A stretch of DNA of 64,000 nucleotides from a bacterium (GTDB lineage Bacteria > RBG-13-61-14 > DATKZS01). The stretch is from NCBI GenBank assembly GCA_963674965.2, contig CAXXFL010000003.1, forward strand, positions 492,837 through 556,836. The letters run 5' to 3'. The position numbers were made by a program, and so were the translations under genes. This document shows, one piece after another, positions 49,722 through 59,200 of this stretch (position 1 is its first letter; every line of letters starts with the position of its first letter). Under the pieces are notes generated by a model. It had not been told where the DNA came from. It was given only the letters and a program-made list of their open reading frames with translations, and made no database searches.

Positions 49722-50486
49722 TCACCTGCCGTTGGGATTATGTCCGAAATGCACCTGCATGTTGACCGCCACGCCGCCGTCGGGATCGCCGTTGGTCAGG
49801 TGGTAGCCGGCCGGCGTGCGCATGGCGTTCTCGTCGATGTCCATGGCCATGAACATGTAGCCCACGTCGAACTTGAACCACACCCAGTCAGCCGGTCCCG
49901 TCCAGAAGCCCAGGTAAGGATAGGCCATGAAAAAGGGAGTGCTCTCGCTCACCGTGCGGCCGATATCGGCGCCGCCGGCCTGGACCTCAAGGGCGCCCCA
50001 TCCAAACTGGCTGCCAAGGGCAAGGCCAACGTTGGGCGAAAGGTCGGGGTTCCACTCGGCGAAGAACCCGCCCGCGCCCATCTCCAACTTCGAGAAACGG
50101 CCCTCGGCGCTCTTCTCCTGGGAATGGCCCCAACCGAAGCCGCCGAAGCGAAGCTCGTCGATTATCGCTCCTCCCATGCCCCCGAAGAGAACAATGTTCT
50201 GATCGAAACCGCCCATGCCCCGGCCGCGGGTCATGGGGTCGAAGGCCTCCCAGTCGATGGTGATCGCAGTAAAGGTCGGACCGCCGAAACCGCCCGAACC
50301 CCCGAAGCCGCCGAAATTAAGGTCGCCGTCGCCCATGTCCAGCCTCGAGAAATGGCCGCCTCCATCCCCCACGATGGCCGGGTCCAGCTTGGAATCCAAG
50401 GCCACTCCCGCGCTCGCGGGCGCGCTGAAAAGGACCGTCGCCACCAGCAATAAACTCCCCAATCCCAAAACAATCTTCCTTTCCAT
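49722..50486 (-). CDS. probable outer-membrane beta-barrel protein
   Basis: Signal peptide ending ASA; Gly/aromatic alternating strands; terminal VNMQVHFG; GGAGG RBS. Confidence 0.65.
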   Translation of the reverse strand: MERKIVLGLGSLLLVATVLFSAPASAGVALDSKLDPAIVGDGGGHFSRLDMGDGDLNFGGFGGSGGFGGPTFTAITIDWEAFDPMTRGRGMGGFDQNIVLFGGMGGAIIDELRFGGFGWGHSQEKSAEGRFSKLEMGAGGFFAEWNPDLSPNVGLALGSQFGWGALEVQAGGADIGRTVSESTPFFMAYPYLGFWTGPADWVWFKFDVGYMFMAMDIDENAMRTPAGYHLTNGDPDGGVAVNMQVHFGHNPNGR

Positions 50487-51177
50487 TTTTCATCCTCCCT
50501 TTCCAATAAGCTTTTTCTTTTCACCTACCGGACTTTTCCGCAACTAAATTTTTTCCCCGCTTCTTCAGCCCCGGAAAAACACGCGTCTCGCGGCGCCCAT
50601 GTTACTCCAATTCAACGCGGCGAGCCGGAATGTGGCTGAAAAGCCGCATCCCCCATCGAGGCTTTCCGGGAAAGCTTCCTTTAAATTGGCAACTATTACG
50701 CCCATTTGTTCCACCTTTCATCGGGCCGCGTCTTCCCGCCATATTATAGACGCGTCCTTTAACTTTGTCATATTAAGCAACGGCGGCGCCAAAGAGACCG
50801 ATTTTTTATGGGCCGCCGGTCCGGAAGATAAATGGGGTTTTTTTCCGTCTACGCCGATTGTCACGCCGGACATCCTTTAACCACTCCTTTTTTCACCCTC
50901 AATTCGAGGTCCTTGTCTACGGAAAAACGTCAGAATAATATTTCTATAATCTCAATAGTTAAGCGAATATGCAAGCCGCCGTGAACGCCCCTATCCCCTC
51001 TTTTTTCCGGGGTCTTATTATTTTACTCACTTTGCTTCTGGCCGCGACAATATTAGGGGGCGTTAATTATTATTGCCATGGACAATTATTTGTTATATGC
51101 TGTTCTGACCGAAAGGTAAAAAAGCAACCTTTGGCGGCGCTGGCCGCAATAAAGAATGACGCCGAGCGAGGAGAGAC

Positions 51178-52332
51178 ATGAGAAAATTTACCTACCACAA
51201 CCCGGGAAAGATGCTCTTCGGAGAGGGGGCCATAAAGAGGACGGCCAAGGAAGCGGCGGCCCTGGGCGGCTCGAGGGCGCTCCTGATAACGGACGAGGCC
51301 CTGGCCGAAAGCCCCATGGTCGAGGCGGTGAAGGCGGCCCTGGGCGACCTTCTGGCGGCGACCTTTTCCGGCGTCATTCCCGACACCGGCCTCGAGGTCA
51401 TCGAGGAGGCGGCCCGGCTCGGTTTCGAAAAGGAGGTTGACCTGGTGGTGTCGGTGGGCGGCGGAAGCTCGATCGACACGGCCAAGTCCGCGGCGGCCAT
51501 GCTGGGGGCCGGCCCGGAGGGCGGCTCGATCAGGGACATGGTGGGCTACGGCAAGCTTCCGCGCGCTCCCCTCCCCCATATCGCCATCCCCACCACGGCG
51601 GGCACCGGATCGGAGTGCACATCCATGGCCCTGGTCAAGGACAGGCAAAAGCACGAGAAGCTCCTGGTCATGGACCCCCGCCTTATTCCCGCGGTCGCCA
51701 TACTCGATCCGGCCTTGACCGTGTCCCTGCCCAAGGGGCTTACCGCCTCGACCGGCATGGACGCCATGACCCACGCGGCCGAGGCCATAATGTCCAGGAA
51801 CGCCATTCCCCCGACCGACGCCCTGGCGGTCCACGCCATCTCCGTGATAGCCGAGTATCTTCCCCGGGCGGTGGACAAGGGCGACGACCTCGAGGCGAGG
51901 TCCATGACGCTCATCGCCGCGGCCGAGGCGGGACAGGCCTTCACCAACGCCTACGTCGGAGTGGTCCACGCCATGGCCCACGCCCTGGGCGGGATCGCCG
52001 GCGTGCCCCACGGCCTGGCCAACGGCATACTCCTGCCCGCGGGAATGGAATACAACGCCCTGGCCGTGCCCGAGCGGGTGGCCCTTATCGGCAAGGCCAT
52101 GGGCATGGAGCTTTCGGGCGACCCGAAAAAGGACGCCATGTCGGCGGCCAAGGCCATGAGGGAGTTCGCCCGGAGCGTGGGCATCCCGGACCGCCTGAAG
52201 CACGCGGGAGTCGAGCCGTCCTGCCTGGCCGACGCGGCCATCCTGGCCATGGCCGACTCGTCCATGCTCAGCAACCCCAGGAAACCCGAGGAGCCAGGCG
52301 AGATCGAGGAGCTTCTTAAAAATTGCCTGTAA
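51178..52332 (+). CDS. iron-containing alcohol dehydrogenase
   Basis: GGGSSIDTAK, IPTTAGTGSE, GMDAMTHA.E, VHAMAH and PHGLAN motifs. Confidence 0.95.
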   Translation: MRKFTYHNPGKMLFGEGAIKRTAKEAAALGGSRALLITDEALAESPMVEAVKAALGDLLAATFSGVIPDTGLEVIEEAARLGFEKEVDLVVSVGGGSSIDTAKSAAAMLGAGPEGGSIRDMVGYGKLPRAPLPHIAIPTTAGTGSECTSMALVKDRQKHEKLLVMDPRLIPAVAILDPALTVSLPKGLTASTGMDAMTHAAEAIMSRNAIPPTDALAVHAISVIAEYLPRAVDKGDDLEARSMTLIAAAEAGQAFTNAYVGVVHAMAHALGGIAGVPHGLANGILLPAGMEYNALAVPERVALIGKAMGMELSGDPKKDAMSAAKAMREFARSVGIPDRLKHAGVEPSCLADAAILAMADSSMLSNPRKPEEPGEIEELLKNCL

Positions 52333-52363
52333 CTCGATCCAATGGCCGCCGCGAAAAAAACCA

Positions 52364-52938
52364 GGGTATCCCATAGCTCGCTATATGGGCGAGCATAGCG
52401 AGAAGGTCAAGATAAGTATGTCCCTGGAATTCTGGGCGACCCGGAGAAGAGGATGCTGGAAGTTATGCAGTGACCTTCAAGCCAGGGTCGCCCACGCATA
52501 TTGCGTGGGTGAGCGAAGCGAACGGGCTTCAGTCTTCGTGGCCGAGGGCGCTTGGAGGCGTTTTCCGGCGAGTTCCGGCCGGCGTGGGATGGTCCCGATA
52601 GCGGGAGAAAATCAGCCCGCGGCTTACGCCGCCCATGCATGATGCATGGGCGACCCTGCCGCGCCTCGACTCGCGGCGGTGTCTTCTTCGCGGCCCCCGC
52701 CGCCCTGCCAAAGTACCCATCCGGCTCCGCCGGCCCTGGACGCGGGGTGGCCCATCTATAAAAATGCATGGGTGGCGTAGCCGCGGGCTCAGTATTATAT
52801 TATTCGAAGGCGGGCGCGCGATAATTTTAAACCTCTCCATTTGGTCGAGACTTTTTTATTATAATCGGCGTTGGAGGCGCTTGGCCCGCGGCTTCGCCGC
52901 CCACGCATTATTGAAGACAATATCGCGATGGGCCATCC
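52364..52938. repeat. cluster of four REP/REPIN-like modules (52364-52401, 52483-52658, 52658-52717, 52744-52938)
   Basis: Each module has a counterpart elsewhere (29060-29098, 29114-29264, 38560-38619, and 38623/39701/40921). 52483-52658 has perfect 12-bp terminal inverted repeats CAGGGTCGCCCA. Confidence 0.88.
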
Positions 52939-53040
52939 AGCGACGGCCCGGCAAAAAGATTTCCGGGTTAGCCTTAGAACAAATGAGCCGCTCATTCGAT
53001 CGGCCGATCTTCCGGGCCTTTATGCCCGAATGGAGGGACC

Positions 53041-54189
53041 ATGACTTTGGACGCGCGCGTTGACAAGCTCTTCAGCGAGGAGGAGCGGATACTCAGGCGG
53101 TCGGTCAGCCGCTTCATCGAGAAGGAATACCTGCCCATCATCGGCGACTGCTACGAGGAGGGGCGCTTCCCCACCGAGCTGATCAAAAGCGTCGCGGAAC
53201 TGGGCGTACTGGGCATGAAGATCGAGGGCTACGGCTGCGCCGGCATGAGCAACGTCTGCTACGGCGTGGCCAACGAGGAGCTCGAGGCGGGCGACACGGG
53301 CCTTCGGTCCTTCGTCAGCGTCCAGTCTTCGCTGGTCATGCATCCGATTTTCGAGTTCGGGAGCGACGAGCAAAAGGAGAGGTGGCTCCCGGCCATGGCC
53401 AGGGGAGAGGCCATCGGCTGCTTCGGACTGACCGAGCCCCACGGCGGCTCCGACCCCGCCTCGAACAAGACCCACGCCAAAAGGGACGGCGGCGACTGGA
53501 TTCTTAACGGGTCCAAGATGTGGATCACCAACGGGACCCTGGCCGACGTGGCCCTGGTCTGGGCCCGGACCGACGAGGGCGCCCGGGCCTTCCTGGTCGA
53601 AAAAGGCGCGCCCGGCTTCGAGTCCCGCGACATAAAAAGGAAGATCAGCATGAGGGCGTCCATCACCTCGGAGCTTTCCTTCCAGGACGTCCGCGTGCCC
53701 GACGAAAACCGGCTGCCGGGAGTGACCGGTCTCAAGCAGGCCCTAATGTGCCTCAACGAGGCCCGCTACGGCATCGCCTGGGGCGCCATGGGAGCGGCTC
53801 GCGCCTGCTACGAGTGCGCCCTGGACTTCGCCCGGGACCGGGTCCTTTTCGGCCGGAGCCTCTCGAGCCGGCAGTTCACGCAGGGCAAGCTGTCCAAGAT
53901 GGCGGCCGAGCTGACCAAGAGCCGGCTCCTGGCCCTCCACGTGGGCCGCATGAAGGACGAGGGGGACTGGGACCATGCCATGATCAGCATGCTGAAGATG
54001 AACAACGTGGCCGAGGCCCTGAAAATCGCGCGCGAGGCCAGGTCCATCCTCGGCGCCTACGGCATCAGCCTCGAGTACCCCGTCATCCGGCACATGAACA
54101 ACCTGGAGAGCGTCTACACCTACGAGGGCGCCCACGAGGTCCACCTCATGATACTGGGACTGGCCATCACGGGGGAGAACGCGTTCTAA
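53041..54189 (+). CDS. acyl-CoA dehydrogenase, glutaryl-CoA dehydrogenase-like
   Basis: RSFVSVQSSLVM, CFGLTEPHGGSDP, LNEARYGIAWG and RHMNNLESVYTYEG.H..H..ILG..ITG..AF. Confidence 0.88.
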   Translation: MTLDARVDKLFSEEERILRRSVSRFIEKEYLPIIGDCYEEGRFPTELIKSVAELGVLGMKIEGYGCAGMSNVCYGVANEELEAGDTGLRSFVSVQSSLVMHPIFEFGSDEQKERWLPAMARGEAIGCFGLTEPHGGSDPASNKTHAKRDGGDWILNGSKMWITNGTLADVALVWARTDEGARAFLVEKGAPGFESRDIKRKISMRASITSELSFQDVRVPDENRLPGVTGLKQALMCLNEARYGIAWGAMGAARACYECALDFARDRVLFGRSLSSRQFTQGKLSKMAAELTKSRLLALHVGRMKDEGDWDHAMISMLKMNNVAEALKIAREARSILGAYGISLEYPVIRHMNNLESVYTYEGAHEVHLMILGLAITGENAF

Positions 54190-54219
54190 CGCGGGACCCG
54201 GGCGCGGCGGATAGTACTC

Positions 54220-54266
54220 CAGGGTCGCCCATGCATGATGCATGGGCGGCGTAGCCGCGGGCTGAG
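54220..54266. repeat. REP-like single arm
   Basis: CAGGGTCGCCCATGCATGATGCATGGGCGGCGTAGCCGCGGGCTGAG. Confidence 0.85.
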
Positions 54267-54481
54267 TACTTGCCATATACCAACCTCCTCCCGCCCCTCT
54301 CCCCATCATGGAAACACGAGGCATGGCGCATGTTCCGCCGCGACAAACACGTTTTCAAATTTCGCCACCGCGGGCGGCCAAGGCGCGTCGTTTTTATTGC
54401 CGGCCGCTCTCACGCGTGTTATATTTATAATGATTAATGCCGTAGTGGAAATCGAGTATTCGCCCGGACGCGGAATTACGA

Positions 54482-55915
54482 ATGAAGCCGCGCGGGCCAG
54501 GGACCGTAACCAAAAGGCCGGGAACCATGGATAAAGAAAACGGGACTCGAGATGAGGCAATAAACCTGATGGAAGCCTCCAAAGGTCGGATTGTCGGTTA
54601 TGCGGCGGCCATCCTGAGCATAGCCTTATTAACCAGCATTCCTTTAGGGCTTTCCCATGTAAAATATTTGTTCGCGCCCTGGGGCCGGTATCAAGAAAGC
54701 ATCGCCTACGCGGACACCGAATCGGGCTGTAAACGTGAAATCAAGCCGTTATTGAAGCTGGCCTTGATTAGCGAAAAACACAAGCTGAATTCCGACGCGA
54801 TCATTTCTCATAACCGCGAATATATTGCCTCGACTTATTGTTCCTCGTACAAAGGCAAGGGATGGTGCGGGGACTCCTCAATTATACTCAGGTCCTTTGA
54901 AACGGGAGAATCGATTTGGGAGGCGTCCAGCCCCGGAGATAATGTCTCCGAAACGCGCGGACAAGATAATCGCGTTGGCGTGATAAAAAGCATCAGATTT
55001 TCTCCCGACGACGAATATATCCTTTCCTGTGGAGAGAAATTGCAGCTTTGGGACGCGAGGACGGGCCATCGCGAGAAGCTTTACTCCGATATTAATGGCC
55101 GCGTGAATGACGCGATCTTCTCGCCGGACGGAAGATATCTGGTTCTTAATACTCAACTTAAAGAGGCAGATGAAAGTCACCGTCGTCAGGGTCCGGTTAT
55201 ACGGATATCCGCGGAAACCGGCGAGCGTCTGGTCACGCTTGCCATTAGTGAAAAAGTTATAGTCTCTTCAGTCGCCTATTCTCGTGATGGGAAGTATATT
55301 CTCTCCAGGAGTGGGGTGGATTGTGAATTGACTGAGAAACTTGCCGAAGTATGCTCCAAGCGTTACGTCGATATTTGGAGCGCAAAAAGCGGAAATCTTC
55401 TTTATCGTTTTTCTTTTACTTTAGGCAAACTTGAACTGGAAGTCCCTGTCCCCGGCGGCCGCCCGATTTCTTATAAATATTTCCAAGGGATTTTTTTTAA
55501 CGAACATGCCTTCGAAAGCATGCTCTGGTCCACCCTTACCGGTCAAAAGGTCATATCTCTGAAGGAGGGGGCTATATTCGGCGGCCCTCCCGCCGTATGC
55601 TCCTTTTCTTCTCATGGAGAATATATCGCGTGTCGCGAGGGAACGGACTTAATTATCATCTCATCAAGGGATGGGGAAAAAATCCTGACCATAAACGATA
55701 AAAAGGGAGTATGGCTCGGAGATTACGGAAGATTCTCCTCGGATGGGGAATACTGGATTACGGGAAGATGCGTATCCACGTCGGGAAGGTCATGGTGGAA
55801 AAAGCAGCGCGATATTCTCTACAACGTGGCCATTCAGTCAAAGGGCTGCGTCAAAAACGAGACCCGCGTCTGGTCGATCTGTCCCGGAGAAAAGAATCAC
55901 ACGGCCATGGATTGA
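54482..55915 (+). CDS. membrane-anchored WD40/beta-propeller protein, lower GC than the flanks
   Basis: N-terminal hydrophobic helix; FSPDDEYILS..LWDARTG, FSPDGRYL, YSRDGKYI and FSSDGEY repeats. Start uncertain. Confidence 0.72.
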   Translation: MKPRGPGTVTKRPGTMDKENGTRDEAINLMEASKGRIVGYAAAILSIALLTSIPLGLSHVKYLFAPWGRYQESIAYADTESGCKREIKPLLKLALISEKHKLNSDAIISHNREYIASTYCSSYKGKGWCGDSSIILRSFETGESIWEASSPGDNVSETRGQDNRVGVIKSIRFSPDDEYILSCGEKLQLWDARTGHREKLYSDINGRVNDAIFSPDGRYLVLNTQLKEADESHRRQGPVIRISAETGERLVTLAISEKVIVSSVAYSRDGKYILSRSGVDCELTEKLAEVCSKRYVDIWSAKSGNLLYRFSFTLGKLELEVPVPGGRPISYKYFQGIFFNEHAFESMLWSTLTGQKVISLKEGAIFGGPPAVCSFSSHGEYIACREGTDLIIISSRDGEKILTINDKKGVWLGDYGRFSSDGEYWITGRCVSTSGRSWWKKQRDILYNVAIQSKGCVKNETRVWSICPGEKNHTAMD

Positions 55916-56239
55916 AAAGGGGAAGCAAGTTAAGGAACCCTTATCCTTTGGCGGGAATAATTTTCTGCAAAAATAACTTTCCCGCGTGACGCCTTCCGTT
56001 GTCAAGTCATATTATACGATATAGTGATGAATTTATTGCCGCGCCTTGATCGCTTGGTAAAATCGCCGCCTCGCCATGTCTGGCAAAAAAGCCGAAATCA
56101 TGATATATACATCCTGGTTTACGCTTCAACGGGGGAAGCGTCATGGGGTCGCTTGTGCAAGTGGGAAGTCTTAAATCCTGAGTTGAATCGCGCCCGAGTC
56201 ACCGGCGCGGGGCGCTCCAAGTGGGAGGATAGGCGAATT

Positions 56240-59200
56240 ATGACCGATAAATTCCTTATTGGCGTGGATTTGGGCAAGACCACGGCCTCCTTTGCGGTTG
56301 GGGTGAGGGGGCCGGACGGCTTAACGCGCCTGGTCGAGTCGAGGAGCGTCAGGCACCTTGGCCGGGTGGCGGAGAGTTTCAAGGATTTCTATCTCGAGTT
56401 GGGCGCGGGCTCGATAGAAGGCGTGGCCGTGACGGGCCTCTACTCGAGACGGGTGGGTTCGCCGGCGGTTTCTGGTCTTCCCGAGGAGATAGCCCAGGAG
56501 CGAGCGACGGCGGCCTTTTATCCCGAGGGCCCCGTCAATATCGTCCGGCTGGGGGGCAGGGGCTACTCGATCCTCACCCGCGACGAAAAGGGAAGCTTCA
56601 ATTACGTCGAGAACGACAGGTGCTCGGCGGGCACGGGCGAGACCATCGAGAAAATTTGCGGCCGCCTCGGGCTCTCCCTCCAGGAGGCCATGGACATGGC
56701 CGGGCGCGCCACGCGAAGCATCCCCATCACCGCCCGCTGCTCCGTCTTCGCCAAGAGCGAGATGACCCACTTCGCCAACCAGGGCGAGCCGCACGAGGAG
56801 CTTTTGAAAGGCTATTTCGAGTCGGTGGCGAGAAACGTTTACGGCCTTTACGACAAGTACCGGGTGGACGGCCCGACCGCTCTGATAGGTAACGGCGCCC
56901 TTATCGGCCCGGTGGCGAAAAGCTTCATGGAAAAGGACGGAGGCCGCGTCGAGGTCTGCTCCCAGGCGGGGGAGTACGAGGCCCTGGGCGCGCTTTATTA
57001 CGCCGCGGACCGGGGCTGGGACGAGGGCCTCGAGTGGCCGGCCGACCCGTCAATAATGATCGCGGCGAGGGAGCGCCGGGTGAAGGGCCTCGAGCCGGCC
57101 TCGAAAATGGGCGGCAAGGTGGTGAAGCTCGAGGAGCGGGCCGTCTCGGCCGGACCCTCGGTCCCGGCCATACTGGGCATCGACCTGGGCTCGACCGGCT
57201 CGAAGGCCGCGCTTCTGGACGCCGAGTCGGGCGAGGTGATGGCGGATTTCTACCGCCGGACCGACGGCAACCCCGTCGAGGCGGCCAAGGCCCTGGCCGG
57301 CGAGGTTTTGGAAGCGGCGGCGGGCCAGGTTATCGCCATCGGGTTGACCGGCTCGGGCCGCGACGCGGCGGCCACGGCGGTAAGGGCGGCTTTTCCCGGC
57401 GCGGGGGACCGGATTTTCGTTCAGAACGAGATCGTGGCCCACGCCGCGGCGGCGATCGCCCTCGATCCCGATAAAGGCCGTTCCCTTTCCATAGTCGAGA
57501 TAGGCGGACAGGACGCGAAGTTCATCAACGTGAAGAACGGCCGCGTGCTCGAGTCCGACATGAACCGGGCCTGCTCGGCGGGCACGGGCTCTTTCCTCGA
57601 GGAGCAGGGAATATTTTACGACGTGGCGGACGTCGCCAGGTTCGGGGAGATGGCCGCGACCTCGGAGAGGCCTCCCGACCTGGGACAGATGTGCACCGTC
57701 TTCGTGGCCGACCTGGCCGCGGTGGCCCTGGCGGAGGGATACACGGTGGCCGACCTCTTCGCCGGTTTCCAGTACTCGGTCATCACCAATTACAAGAACC
57801 GGGTCATGGGCAACCGCCAGTTTATGGACAGGATTTTCTTCCAGGGCAAACCCGCCACCAGCCCGTCCCTGGCCAGGACCCTGGCGGCCGTCACCGGCAG
57901 GGAGGTATACGTTCCGCCCAACCCCGGGGCCATGGGCGCCATAGGCGTCGCCATGCTGGCCCGAGAGTCGATCGCCGACGCCCGGGATCTCGAGCCTCTG
58001 GACCTTCGCGTCCTCACCAGCGTCAATATCAAGTCGCGCAAGACCTTCCGCTGCAACGACCCCAAATGCAAGAACATGTGCCGGATCGAGAGGGCCGAGG
58101 TCGAGGTCATGGGCAAGACCGCGAGGATCGTGAGCGGCGGCTCCTGTCCCAAGTACGAGTCGGTCTCGGCGGGCCCGCGCAAGCTTCCGAGCGTGGCGCC
58201 GAGTCCCTACCGGGAGCGCCAGGACCTTTTGGCCTCGTGTCTTCCCGAGGTCGAGAAACGAGCGGGACGGCCCACGGTGGGACTGCCGCGCGGCCATTAC
58301 CTGATCGATTACCTTCCCTTCTTCTACGCCTTCTTCGCCGGGCTGGGCGTGAACGTCGAGATATTGGACTCCGACCATGAGACCTTCGAGAGGGGGAACC
58401 GCCGCTGCTCGGCCGGCAACACCTGCACCCCGGTCAAGATCATGCACGGGCTGGCCCGGGCGGACCTCGATTTCCTTTTCATGCCCAAGTTCGTCGAGTT
58501 GCCCCGCCCGGTAAGAAAGTCCGGGGCCTGCACCTGTCCCATGGTCCAGGCCACCCCCGAGCTGGTGGAAAAGGCCCTCGAGGCCGAGGGAGCCAGGACG
58601 AAAATTCTGCGGCCTCATTTCTACCTGGGTGATTACGGCCTTTCGTCGCCGGGGTTTTTAAACGAGTTGAGAAAATGCCGGTCGGCCGTCCTGGGCGCCT
58701 TCAAGGACTCGGAGAACTCGCTGTTGGCCTTCGCCTCGGCGTACCGCGAGGCCCTCTCCATGCAGGAGGAGTACGAGGGCGGGCTTATGGAGATAGGCCG
58801 GCGGGCGCTTGCCTTCGCCCGCGAGGAAGGATACCCCGCGGTGCTGATAGCGGGAAGCTCGCACGTCATCCATGAGCCGATCATGAACGCGGGCATCCAC
58901 GAGCTGGTCACGGCCAACGGGGCCCTGGCCATACCGCTGGACTGCTTTCCCGTGGACGACGACGTCCCTCCCCTCGAGCGCGTCTATTGGGGCACGTCCA
59001 ACCGGATACTGCGGGCGTCGATCCAGGCTGCGAGGGAAGCCCTGGTCTTTCCGCTTATGATCGTGAGTTACGGCTGCGGCCCGAGTTCTTTCGTCGAGCA
59101 CCTCTTCAACCACCTGCTGGAGGATTATCCTCACACGGTCCTGGAAAGCGACGGACACGGTGGCAAGGCCGGTTACGTCACCAGGGTCCAGGCCTTCCTT

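Noticed and set aside
50490-51170. Long divergent intergenic region as a possible ncRNA/riboswitch or small ORFs
   Set aside because: No recognisable RNA motif or convincing coding signal by eye; an Rfam scan would be needed.
52385-53063. Several short ORFs over repeat regions (also 29082-29363, 38469-38720, 40985-41170)
   Set aside because: They are translations of the palindromic repeats, which is why similar peptides recur at each copy.
56024-56239. N-terminal extension of the activase ORF
   Set aside because: The domain starts at MTDKFLIGVDLG, with a GGAGG RBS before the ATG at 56240.
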